A stretch of DNA of 64,000 nt from a virus (lineage: Duplodnaviria; Heunggongvirae; Uroviricota; Caudoviricetes), in the IMG/VR virus record IMGVR_UViG_3300044673_000278, positions 187,694 through 251,693 of that record. One strand, given 5' to 3'. The translations under genes and the position numbers were made by a program. Under the pieces are notes generated by a model. That model was given only the letters and a program-made list of their open reading frames with translations. It had not been told where the DNA came from and did no database searches. Of this stretch, positions 55,194 to 63,067 are shown in pieces. The stretch's first letter is position 1, and each line of letters begins with the position of its first letter.

Positions 55194-55541
55194 TTACCAG
55201 TAGTAGAGATGTGGCTTGCGACCCACGCTGGGCACGTCAGCATCCACAAGATCTTCTACTCGATATTTTACAATTTGTCTCTCCCACTCTCGGCCACGAG
55301 TACGTTGTGGCTGATTCATAAACTCACGCACCCACCACATGGGAGTGGGCATGCCGTGATATTCTTGGTAGTGACGTTTTTTCTTGGTCTTTACTCCGGG
55401 CTTCTGAATGTAGCACCAGAAGTTATACCAGTACTGAAACTCAGTGCTCCACTTCTGATATGGAACTCGTTCCATACCATAATCCCAGCGAGACTCGGGA
55501 TATCTGAGTTCCCAAGGTTGATCTTTATACGATCGTGACAT
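55194..55541 (-). CDS. Hypothetical Trp/Tyr-rich protein
   Basis: 115 aa. Confidence 0.5.
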   Translation of the reverse strand: MSRSYKDQPWELRYPESRWDYGMERVPYQKWSTEFQYWYNFWCYIQKPGVKTKKKRHYQEYHGMPTPMWWVREFMNQPQRTRGREWERQIVKYRVEDLVDADVPSVGRKPHLYYW

Positions 55542-55597
55542 AGTTTTCTCCTTAGTATCACAATCGCATAATCATCTCCTTGTAAAAAATTATTTAG

Positions 55598-55689
55598 TGG
55601 TGGAAGCGGTGAGATTCGAACTCACGGGACCTGTTAAGGACCGACGGTTTTCAAGACCGTTGCAATAAACCGGGCTCTGCCACGCTTCC
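55598..55689 (-). tRNA. tRNA-Ser (TGA), class II
   Basis: Acceptor GGAAGCG/CGCTTCC. Anticodon loop CTTGAAA. Long variable arm. Confidence 0.65.
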
Positions 55690-55696
55690 GTTGTCT

Positions 55697-55774
55697 TGGA
55701 GTCTCGGGTAGGATTCAAACCTACGAATCAAACGCTTTGCAGGCGCAGCCATTAAATCACTCTGGTACCGAGAC
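55697..55774 (-). tRNA. tRNA-Cys (GCA)
   Basis: Anticodon loop CTGCAAA. U73 discriminator. Confidence 0.55.
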
Positions 55775-55781
55775 ATGAAAT

Positions 55782-55858
55782 TGGTCGGAGTACAAGGATT
55801 CGAACCTTGGACCTCTTGCTCCCAAAGCAAGCGCACTACCAGGCTGTGCTACACTCCG
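55782..55858 (-). tRNA. tRNA-Pro (TGG)
   Basis: Anticodon stem CTTGC/GCAAG with loop TTTGGGA. Confidence 0.6.
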
Positions 55859-55865
55859 AATAAAC

Positions 55866-55940
55866 TGGTACCTGGACACGGTTTCGAACCGCGGACCCTC
55901 TCCGTGTAAAGGAGACGCTCTACCCCTGAGCTATCCAGGC
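55866..55940 (-). tRNA. tRNA-Val (TAC)
   Basis: Anticodon loop TTTACAC. T-loop TTCGAAA. Confidence 0.6.
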
Positions 55941-55946
55941 AATGTT

Positions 55947-56020
55947 TGGAGCGGCGTGCGAGAATCGAACTCGCGACTTTAGCTTGGAAGGCTAAGGTAA
56001 TACCATTTTACGAACGCCGC
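55947..56020 (-). tRNA. tRNA-Gly (TCC)
   Basis: Anticodon loop CTTCCAA. U73. Confidence 0.6.
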
Positions 56021-56218
56021 TTAAATACACTATGCAACAACGTGACTTCTATGCTGCCAACGGTTGGGTGCAAATACACCTCTGCGTCAACGACACAGCA
56101 GACACCTGCTACATCTACGTCAATGATATTTACAATCAAAAACTGACCATGCGTTTTTTCACGGACACCACGGAAGCGATGTTGTGGATCAACAGCATAG
56201 ACACATTGTGAATATCAC

Positions 56219-56295
56219 TGGTGCCGCCACATGGATTTGAACCATGGACCCCCGCCTTATCAAGACGGTGCTCTAACCAACTGAGCTATGGAGGC
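56219..56295 (-). tRNA. tRNA-Ile (GAT)
   Basis: Anticodon loop TTGATAA. T-loop TTCAAAT. Confidence 0.6.
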
Positions 56296-56436
56296 AAATT
56301 TTTTCAACTACTTTTTAAAGAACAAACTGCATTGTAACAGCAATATCTTTGTTTGTCAACTGGCCGGTCCTGCAGGAATCGAACCCACATCGCCAAGTTC
56401 GAAGCATGGCATTCTATCCGTTGAAATAAAGGCCCT

Positions 56437-56511
56437 TGGTGGTTGTAGTTGGTATCGATCCAACCTCCTGGGCTTATGAAGCCCGTGCGCATCCGTCTAC
56501 GCCATACAACC
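56437..56511 (-). tRNA. tRNA-Met or Ile2 (CAT)
   Basis: Anticodon loop TTCATAA. T-loop variant ATCGATA. Confidence 0.55.
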
Positions 56512-56521
56512 AAAACTTCTT

Positions 56522-56596
56522 TGGGGTGACCACTGGGAATCGAACCCAGACTAAGAGAATCACAATCTCTGTTGCTAACCGTTACAACATGGCCAC
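56522..56596 (-). tRNA. tRNA-His (GTG)
   Basis: Anticodon loop TTGTGAT. C73. Confidence 0.6.
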
Positions 56597-56744
56597 ACCA
56601 AAGAAGTTTACCATATAAAAACACTCCCAATATCGGTTCAATGCTGGCACAAAGAACCTTTCGCCTCTGCCAGGAGACCGAAGAGATCGCCCGCTTCAAT
56701 TGCGGGATCTGTCCGTCACGAATGTTTTTATATGGTGACAAACA

Positions 56745-56900
56745 AATGCCTTGGGATTCGAACCCAACCCTGCGTCCGCCTTCGCCGCTTACTAAGTCTG
56801 CAAACTTTTCGTCGGGTACTACCTTCTGCTGTGCTACCAACACACCATGCAGCCTGTCACAAGCCATTGCAGTGTCTTGTGAGCAGTCTTGTACCATATA
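56745..56900 (-). ncRNA. Conserved ~150-nt structured element, copy B, ending in a tRNA-like T-arm
   Basis: Homologous to copy A. T-arm TTGGG-TTCGAAT-CCCAA. Confidence 0.45.
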
Positions 56901-57186
56901 GAAACACACTAACGAACCTGGCTGTGGGGTTCGACCCCACTGTTTCCCGTAGCACCAGCGGTACTGCTACGATACCGGTTAATGTGTTTGCATATGGCGG
57001 TACATGAGTTAACCTAAAACTAGTCTAATATCGCGGCCGCAATATTTCGTCTATGTCTTAGGATATACACGTTGGTACCTTGCGTACCTCACGTACCATA
57101 TGTAAACACACTAAAGCTCTCTTATCTGCATCACTAGACATTTTGTCGTAGCGTCGGTCATTGTACCCGATTAATGTGTTTGCATA

Positions 57187-57260
57187 TGGTAGGGGTGTTC
57201 GGGAACGATCCGAATTTTACCGGTTAAAAGCCGGTTACTTCACCTTAAAGTTTCACCCCC
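57187..57260 (-). tRNA. tRNA-Lys (TTT)
   Basis: Acceptor GGGGGTG/CACCCCT. Anticodon loop CTTTTAA. T-loop variant ATCGTTC. Confidence 0.55.
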
Positions 57261-57263
57261 ATA

Positions 57264-57338
57264 TGGTCCACAGCCTGAGAATCGAACTCAGTTAATCCGG
57301 GTAAGAGCCGGGTACTTCGCCAGCAAAGTTTGCTGTGG
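57264..57338 (-). tRNA. tRNA-Lys (CTT)
   Basis: Acceptor CCACAGC/GCTGTGG. Anticodon loop CTCTTAC. T-loop TTCGATT. Confidence 0.55.
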
Positions 57339-57424
57339 ATGGATTTCGTATTAAATTATCTTTAACGAGCCATCCATGTTACCATACGGGGTTACAGAAT
57401 GGCTCTACATTTTAGCAGTTCGCT

Positions 57425-58186
57425 TCATATAGTTCCTTGTTTAATTCTTCCTCTAACCCAACCGATAGGTATACTATCAGTAGAGTTTTGTCTTTTGTTA
57501 CTAACTCCGTCGTTAATCCAAATTGTGCCACGATTATTGCCATAATTTAGATTTGCTTTGTCTTCGCTAGTTCGTTTTGATACAGTTTCTTTGTATGCCT
57601 GTATCCTTCTTTCTTTATCACCAAACCCGACACCTTTATATAAAGCAGACATTTTAGCAGATTGTTTTTCTTTCCTGCTGTTAAGTTCTTCTTCAGGCTT
57701 GTTGATCCAAGAATTGCATTTTTGTTTGTAGACTTCCTTTTCCTCGGGCGTTTTGTTGGCCCACGGATTAGAGTGTTTTCTGTGTTGCTCCTTCTTCTCT
57801 TCAGGCAACGTTTTCCAATATTCTTTTTTAGAGTTTTTATAATCTTCTCTTAACTGGACAAATTCATCAACAGTTAATTGGCGACGGTCTACTCTGTTGG
57901 TAGTCATTAAATGAAACGCACATGACATTTGCTGATTACCATATGCTTTCCACAATAGGTAATGTGCTTCGTAATGTTGGGCGGTAGTCAAGTGTACCAC
58001 ATTTGATTTTTCATTTGAGCCTCCCATACTACGTGGCAAAATATGATGTAGTTCGGTTTTTAAGTTGCTGTCACTAACGGCACTCGCTATTAGCGTCATA
58101 TACAAATCTAAAAACTCTTGATTTTTCGGTGTAGGTAATAAGTCTTTCATATACTTATTTAGTCCACACGCACTATTCTGCACCAT
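57425..58186 (-). CDS. HNH homing-endonuclease-like protein
   Basis: HHILPRSMGGSNEKSNVVHLTTAQHYEAH is an HNH motif. 253 aa, inside the tRNA array. Confidence 0.6.
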   Translation of the reverse strand: MVQNSACGLNKYMKDLLPTPKNQEFLDLYMTLIASAVSDSNLKTELHHILPRSMGGSNEKSNVVHLTTAQHYEAHYLLWKAYGNQQMSCAFHLMTTNRVDRRQLTVDEFVQLREDYKNSKKEYWKTLPEEKKEQHRKHSNPWANKTPEEKEVYKQKCNSWINKPEEELNSRKEKQSAKMSALYKGVGFGDKERRIQAYKETVSKRTSEDKANLNYGNNRGTIWINDGVSNKRQNSTDSIPIGWVRGRIKQGTI

Positions 58187-58256
58187 ACGGGGGTCTAGGA
58201 TGACACTATGGTTTGCCTGAGCGTTTCATAGTGTTACCTCTTTTGTTTAAGTTCTA

Positions 58257-58285
58257 ATTATACAACAATTGCAGAATGTTGTCAA
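58257..58285 (-). promoter_or_regulatory. Consensus sigma70 promoter P7: TTGACA-17-TATAAT
   Basis: Minus strand: ttgacaacattctgcaattgttgTATAAT. Upstream of the HNH gene. Confidence 0.7.
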
Positions 58286-58294
58286 CTGTTTTTT

Positions 58295-58372
58295 TGGTGC
58301 GTCCCGAGGAATTCGAATCCCCAACCTCACGGCTTCGTAGGCCGGTGTTCTATCCAGTTGAACTAGAGACGC
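58295..58372 (-). tRNA. tRNA-Arg (ACG)
   Basis: Acceptor GCGTCTC/GGGACGC. Anticodon loop CTACGAA. Confidence 0.6.
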
Positions 58373-58377
58373 GGTGT

Positions 58378-58457
58378 TTGGCCCTTGAGGTCACTGTCGA
58401 AGGTGACGTTACCTACCATTGGCTAGGGTGTGCACGGCCCCGCTTAACTCAAGGATA
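58378..58457 (-). pseudogene. tRNA-like element with a paired acceptor stem (CCTTGAG/CTCAAGG) but an aberrant 8-nt T-loop and body
   Basis: rc: CCTTGAG...GTCAC-CTTCGACA-GTGAC-CTCAAGG-G-CCA. Confidence 0.3.
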
Positions 58458-58460
58458 TGT

Positions 58461-58536
58461 TGGTGCTGCCTCCAGGTTACGATCCTGGTTCCTCGGATTT
58501 TCAGTCCGTCGCTATGACCACATCAGCTAAAGCAGC
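58461..58536 (-). tRNA. tRNA-Phe (GAA), second diverged copy
   Basis: Anticodon loop CTGAAAA. T-loop variant ATCGTAA. About 80% identical to the 54761 copy. Confidence 0.55.
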
Positions 58537-59117
58537 ATTATTTCTTGATATTCTTCTTTTTCAACTACCGCAATATTTTTATCAGGGTAAGTTTGAAGAA
58601 CTATCTTCATTTTTTCTTTATCATCACCCCACCAAAAACCTTTTACTTCAACATACATATCGTAGTCAGGAAGATAAAAGTCAGGAGTGTACGAACGAAT
58701 TTTTCCGTTCATCTCATACTTTAATGTATCTTTGTTTGTTTTGAGCTTAATCCATTGTATATTCAGCTGTTCGAACTTAGCAGCAATATCGCGCTCCCAA
58801 GTACCTTGAACTTTTTGGCCAGCAATTTCGTACCACTTGGCACGACCGCCTTTATTGTTAATAGAAAGCTTTTCACTAATTTTACGTTTAGACTCAGCGG
58901 AATGCTTTTTTCCAGCAAAGGTGCCAGGCAGTCCTTTGTTCCAAGCAGTTGGTAACTCAGATCCTTGCTTTTTTGCAAGTATATACTGATTGCTACCTTG
59001 TTTTCCGGTCATGCCGTTTTTGTAAACCCTGTTTAGATTGCTAGGGCAACATCGCTGATGATTACGTAGAGAGTTTTCGCTTTTACACTCTTTTTGACAA
59101 AATTTACAAATAAACAT
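58527..59117 (-). CDS. PD-(D/E)xK nuclease-like homing endonuclease with an N-terminal Zn finger
   Basis: CKFCQKEC...CC zinc finger. YTPDFYLPDYDMYVEVKG is a PD...(D/E)xK motif. AGGAGA SD. Confidence 0.55.
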   Translation of the reverse strand: MFICKFCQKECKSENSLRNHQRCCPSNLNRVYKNGMTGKQGSNQYILAKKQGSELPTAWNKGLPGTFAGKKHSAESKRKISEKLSINNKGGRAKWYEIAGQKVQGTWERDIAAKFEQLNIQWIKLKTNKDTLKYEMNGKIRSYTPDFYLPDYDMYVEVKGFWWGDDKEKMKIVLQTYPDKNIAVVEKEEYQEIMLL

Positions 59118-59182
59118 ATTATCTCCTATGTTTATTTAGCCCAGTCTGCTGCTCTACCTGATGAGCTACCGCGGCGTTGAAT

Positions 59183-59260
59183 TGGTCTCCATGGTACGAT
59201 TCGAACGTACAGCCTCCTGACTCCAGATCAGGCCGTCTACCAGATTGACATTACACAGAG
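59183..59260 (-). tRNA. tRNA with an atypical anticodon loop UCUGGAG (UGG-like, C33)
   Basis: Good acceptor (CTCTGTG/CATGGAG) and T-arm (GTACG-TTCGAAT-CGTAC). The anticodon loop lacks U33. Confidence 0.4.
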
Positions 59261-59269
59261 ATTAGAAGT

Positions 59270-59346
59270 TGGTCTTTGTAGCAGGGTTCGAACCTGCGAC
59301 CCCTAGTCCCCCAGACTAGTGCGCTACCTGGCTGCGCTATACAAAG
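59270..59346 (-). tRNA. tRNA-Pro (GGG), second copy
   Basis: Anticodon loop CTGGGGG. Paralogous to the 53778 copy. Confidence 0.55.
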
Positions 59347-59397
59347 ATAAAAAAGCCCAGGGACAGTCATCACGTCAGGAGTGGGTATAGGCTTGAG

Positions 59398-59471
59398 TGG
59401 TGCTCTTACCAGGTATCGATCCTGGGTTTCTACATTACCAATGTAGTGTAATGCCTTTATACTATAAGAGC
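59398..59471 (-). tRNA. tRNA-Thr (GGT)
   Basis: Anticodon loop TTGGTAA. T-loop variant ATCGATA. Confidence 0.55.
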
Positions 59472-59517
59472 GATTTGGAGCGGGAGTAGACTTACAAAAT
59501 GTAAAAGTTACCTTCAT

Positions 59518-59934
59518 TTAGTAACTCTTTCCTTCTGCGTACCTTTGCCGTCTAGTATGTCTGCCGTTGCCTTTGTTCCTATTTTTATAGGTACTTGTTT
59601 GACTATGACAGTTGGGGCAAATTAAACACAAATTTTCTTTACTATTGTTTTCGCTATTGCCATCTTTATGCTCTAGCTCTAATACAATTTCTTTGTCGTT
59701 CCAAGTTTCGATATCACATACTGAGCATTTGTTGCCATAGTTTTCAGCAAGGTATCTTTTTAATCTTGCCTTGCCGGGAGATTTGTTCTCCCAGTTTGCG
59801 ATAGCATCTCTATAGTTCTGCTCTTGCTGACACGCAATTGAACAAAACAAGTTATTTTTAGATAACCTAAATCCTGATTCTTTATTACATACTGTACAAT
59901 TATATGTGTACGGATGAATTTTTGGCTTTCCCAT
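59518..59934 (-). CDS. HNH endonuclease
   Basis: ELEHKDGNSENNSKENLCLICPNCH is an HNH motif, preceded by a CxxC zinc finger. 138 aa. Confidence 0.6.
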   Translation of the reverse strand: MGKPKIHPYTYNCTVCNKESGFRLSKNNLFCSIACQQEQNYRDAIANWENKSPGKARLKRYLAENYGNKCSVCDIETWNDKEIVLELEHKDGNSENNSKENLCLICPNCHSQTSTYKNRNKGNGRHTRRQRYAEGKSY

Positions 59935-59978
59935 TGGTATAGCACTCCTTACATTTATTTATGCTATATCAATAAAAA

Positions 59979-60054
59979 TGGTGCCCTTTGAGAGATTTGA
60001 ACTCCCGACCTCCCGCTTACAAGGCGGATGCACTAGCCACTGTGCTAAAAGGGC
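59979..60054 (-). tRNA. tRNA-Thr (TGT)
   Basis: Anticodon loop CTTGTAA. T-loop TTCAAAT. Confidence 0.6.
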
Positions 60055-60059
60055 AAATT

Positions 60060-60135
60060 TGGAGCGGGTAAGGGGATTCGAACCCCTGACATTCACGTTG
60101 GCAACGTGATGCTCTACCAACTGAGCTACACCCGC
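60060..60135 (-). tRNA. tRNA-Gly (GCC)
   Basis: Anticodon loop TTGCCAA. U73. Confidence 0.6.
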
Positions 60136-60142
60136 AATATTT

Positions 60143-60217
60143 TGGCTCCCCAGCGTGGGCTCGAACCACGGACCAACGGATTAACAGTCCGCTACTCTAC
60201 CACTGAGCTACAAGGGA
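60143..60217 (-). tRNA. tRNA-Asn (GTT)
   Basis: U1-A72 and G73. Anticodon loop CTGTTAA. Confidence 0.6.
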
Positions 60218-60223
60218 ATATTC

Positions 60224-60313
60224 TGGCGGTGCGACTGAGACTCGAACTCAGAAACCGGCTTTCACCGATCGACGGATTAGCAATCCGCTCCAATACCATT
60301 ATGGGACCGCACC
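60224..60313 (-). tRNA. tRNA-Ser (GCT), class II
   Basis: Anticodon loop TTGCTAA. Long variable arm. G73. Confidence 0.6.
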
Positions 60314-60359
60314 ATGAACTTTTTACTTATAGACGGCACTGTGGCCACCTACAAAAACT

Positions 60360-60438
60360 TGGCTCCGTATCTGGGAATCGAACCCAGCTAATCATTGATT
60401 AACAGTCAAGCCCATGCACCATGCTTGGATTCTACGGA
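60360..60438 (-). tRNA. tRNA-Asn (GTT), second copy with an enlarged D-loop
   Basis: Anticodon loop CTGTTAA. G73. One acceptor mismatch. Confidence 0.45.
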
Positions 60439-60446
60439 ATAAAAAT

Positions 60447-60521
60447 TGGTTGCCACGGACAATTTCGAAATGTCGACCTATCGCTTATCAAGCGAGTGCT
60501 CTTCCTCTGAGCTACGCGGCA
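60447..60521 (-). tRNA. tRNA-Ile (GAT), second copy
   Basis: Anticodon loop TTGATAA. T-loop TTCGAAA. Confidence 0.5.
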
Positions 60522-60524
60522 ATC

Positions 60525-60598
60525 TGGCACGGGTACTAGGGCTCGAACCTAGAACGACAGAGTCAAAGTCTGTGGTGTTACCATTACACTATACCCGA
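60525..60598 (-). tRNA. tRNA-Gln (TTG)
   Basis: Unpaired U1-U72 and G73. Anticodon loop CTTTGAC. Confidence 0.55.
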
Positions 60599-60607
60599 AC
60601 AAAAACT

Positions 60608-60681
60608 TGGCGTACCCACTAGGACTCGAACCTAGACTGACGGTTTTGGAGACCGCGATGCTGCCATTACACTATGGATAC
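60608..60681 (-). tRNA. tRNA-Trp (CCA)
   Basis: Anticodon stem CGGT/ACCG with loop CTCCAAA. G73. Confidence 0.6.
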
Positions 60682-60690
60682 ATTAACATA

Positions 60691-60765
60691 TGGTGGACCG
60701 TAGGAGAATCGAACTCCTGCCCGAGGCTTGCAAAGCCACTGTGCTACCACTATCACTAACAGCCC
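60691..60765 (-). tRNA. tRNA-Ala (TGC)
   Basis: G3:U70. Anticodon loop TTTGCAA. Confidence 0.6.
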
Positions 60766-60768
60766 ATA

Positions 60769-60864
60769 CATTCTAAAACACACTTGAGTAGGATTCGAAC
60801 CTACCCGGGTGATCAAACCCTATGTGCCTACCTGGGAGCGACCCAGCCAAGAGTGTTTTAGAAT
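60769..60864 (-). repeat. 18-bp inverted repeat (CATTCTAAAACACTCTTG) flanking a tRNA-like core that has a T-arm but no acceptor stem
   Basis: Plus strand: cattctaaaacacacttg ... caagagtgttttagaatg. The core contains GTAGG-TTCGAAT-CCTAC. Confidence 0.4.
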
Positions 60865-61023
60865 GCAGTGTATTGCTACACCACATGACGGGGTTGATAC
60901 CCCGACCAGGAGTCTTACTACCAGTGTTATCGCCACTGGATTCATGTGTCCTGTCCGCCCGGTTTCAAACTGTTTTGGGTGTGTTTGAGGTACTGCGTCT
61001 ACCTATGTCCCACCATAAAAAAA

Positions 61024-61053
61024 CCCTGGAGTTTTTAGTTCCAGGGTCTTTTG
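61024..61053 (+). terminator. Plus-strand intrinsic terminator
   Basis: ccctggagtttttagttccaggg hairpin followed by tcttttg. Confidence 0.55.
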
Positions 61054-61250
61054 TATTCTTTGAGATTAGATTCTAGGAATCTTCTCTGCTACAAAGGACC
61101 CAGGACTTCCTGGAATACTATTCACAGTCGCAAAACCGCGTGACCAGGCTTGTGTCTGGAGGCACATTGCGGATTTCGGCAGTGAATGAGTGATAGCAGT
61201 CATTTTATTTCCTTGGGTTACTTGTCAGCATCGCTGCTGTCTAAGTGTTA

Positions 61251-61279
61251 ATTATACTTTACTTAGCGATTGTTGTCAA
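61251..61279 (-). promoter_or_regulatory. Consensus sigma70 promoter P8: TTGACA-17-TATAAT
   Basis: Minus strand: ttgacaacaatcgctaagtaaagTATAAT. Confidence 0.65.
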
Positions 61280-61536
61280 CCACTAAATGTTTTTCAGTGC
61301 TGTATTTATACCTCGCGACGAAAAACTACGAATTGGATGCGGGTGACAGATTCGAACTGCCGATGCACCGAGCTTATGAGACTGGTGTGGTGGCCACCCT
61401 ACCCGCTGTAATTATTTATCTATTCTGAAACACACTATCTGCGGGAATCTCACCCTATGTCAGCTTAATGTGTTTTAGAATAGTGGAGGACTGAGAATAC
61501 ATCTCTCCCAACAACACCTCGAGCATTATTACCAGC

Positions 61537-62175
61537 CTTGCGAGCCAGCTTTCTCTCGACTTCCACTAGATCCATATTGCTATGTAATCTAGTCTGCTGT
61601 CAGCATCGCCGTTTTTAAAGACAGGCAGTAGTCTTGTCGCCATATGCTATTCTACGCTTTCTATCCCGTTGACCTTGCGAGCCATTCAAGTGCGCTAACA
61701 CCTTACGAAACTTCTTGCATAAACAGATTTCACCTTGCGAGTTACGTCTGACTTGATTACCTTGCGGCTCAAGTATTAGATGCTTTTCACATATGACCGA
61801 GTCAGTCTTTGCGTTTTATATAAGGTTGGATTTGAACCAACAGCCTATTCCTTAAAAGGGAACTGCACTACCATTGTGCTACTTAACCTACTGCGATGTG
61901 CTGACTCAGTTGCTGCATACTCTTTTGGAATACACAATACAACACACCACGTTCCTTTGGTCTTGCGGACTACTCAGACGTCTTTTGCGATCAGTGTCGG
62001 GTCTCGGCTTTCGCATACCTCCACTTACCACTCAAACTGCATACGAGCCCTTGAGTGCAACCCCTCGGACAAATACGCTACCCTTTCTCATACCAATTAA
62101 CTGGACTGGTTTTGTTGTGAGGTCAGCACCACCTGTTACTCTCTAATGACTTGCGTTACCCTTGCAGGCGCTTGA
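61537..62175. repeat. Five dispersed copies of a CCTTGCGAG-like motif in an ORF-free region (iteron-like)
   Basis: Copies at about 61540, 61671, 61733, 61760 and 62159, with consensus (A/T)(A/C)CCTTGCGAG(C/T). Confidence 0.4.
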
Positions 62176-62570
62176 GCCACTAATTCTTTCCACAACTTCC
62201 AGCGTCATTGTTACAACCACCGGTCTTATCAGTGATCGCTACCTCACGGTAGTGAGCAGGCTTGTCTAAACGAACCATTGCTGGCGGAGTTGCGTAGGCT
62301 TACCTCCTTTGGCTGTGTCACCACAGTTATTCTTCACTAGACAGCAAGCTGCCTAGTAGGACATTAAACTGCCCTTGTATTCTATTGTAACATCAACTGC
62401 TGAACTTGTCAACAACTAATTTTACCAAATCTGTAAACAACTGCACACTATGCAGGACTTGAACCTGCCAACACTGCTCCATTCGGGGCAATGCTAGATC
62501 CACCTCTATCAGCGTGTACGGCGCCTTGATGTGCATGTGTTTAAAGACTTTTGTTACTGTCTAAGTATCT

Positions 62571-62599
62571 ATTGTATGACAAACGTCTTTGCTTGTCAA
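62571..62599 (-). promoter_or_regulatory. Sigma70 promoter P9: TTGACA-17-TACAAT
   Basis: Minus strand: ttgacaagcaaagacgtttgtcaTACAAT. Confidence 0.55.
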
Positions 62600-62802
62600 A
62601 CAGTTTTGGATAAACTGATCCGCCTACTACCCTGCGTTTAAAGGTGCTGAACACATTGCTGCGCTCACTTCCTTCCACCAACATGGTTTGACCGTGACTA
62701 GCAGTCGTGACTAGATTAGTCCCAGAGGCAGTGGATCAACAGGTGTCCCTTGGTAGTTGGGCCCATCGTCATTGAGTTTCTGACACAGGCGGACAGTTTA
62801 AC

Positions 62803-62894
62803 TGGTAGGAGTGGAGAGGATCGAACTCTCTCAAGAACGCTAATCTGGCGCTAAAAGGTTTATAAAACCTCCCTGACTACCAAGTCTCACTCCC
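62803..62894 (-). tRNA. Class-II (long variable arm) tRNA-like gene with an unusual anticodon arm (UAU-like)
   Basis: Acceptor GGGAGTG/CACTCCT, A73, CCA encoded. T-arm GAGAG-TTCGATC-CTCTC. Anticodon arm AGGTTT-TAT-AAACCT. Confidence 0.4.
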
Positions 62895-62992
62895 ATTGAA
62901 AAACACACTCTTGAACAGTCCTTCAACGTACAGTCGCTGTCTCCCTTACTGATCGGGCGGATCTGTGAGTGTGTTTATCAATGGAGTCTTGT

Positions 62993-63067
62993 TGGTACAC
63001 CGTATGGGTTTCGATCCCATCTCACTAGTTTGAAGGACTAGCGGCCACCCCAGCTGCCTCACGGTGT
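62993..63067 (-). tRNA. tRNA-Glu (TTC), tentative
   Basis: Acceptor ACACCGT/ACGGTGT. Anticodon loop CCTTCAA. T-loop variant ATCGAAA. Overlaps the 3' end of the endonuclease ORF. Confidence 0.45.

Noticed and set aside
56033-56212. 59-aa plus-strand ORF (MQQRDFYAANGWVQIHLCVND...) between tRNA-Gly and tRNA-Ile
   Set aside because: It is the only plus-strand candidate in a uniformly minus-strand region, has no RBS and is below the 60-aa threshold. It may instead be spacer sequence.
55038-56900. tmRNA (ssrA) interpretation of the two 150-nt T-arm-containing elements
   Set aside because: Local resemblance to the tmRNA 3' region (GUAGUACC, GGACGC-GGG-UUCGA) is partial and mis-ordered. No tag-peptide reading frame, no 5' GGGG acceptor partner and two copies were found, so they are reported only as unknown tRNA-like ncRNAs.
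56304-56909. 201-aa minus-strand ORF and 109-aa plus-strand ORF (56572-56901) in the tRNA region
   Set aside because: Both overlap tRNA-Met, tRNA-His and conserved element B. No SD, and the composition is unconvincing.
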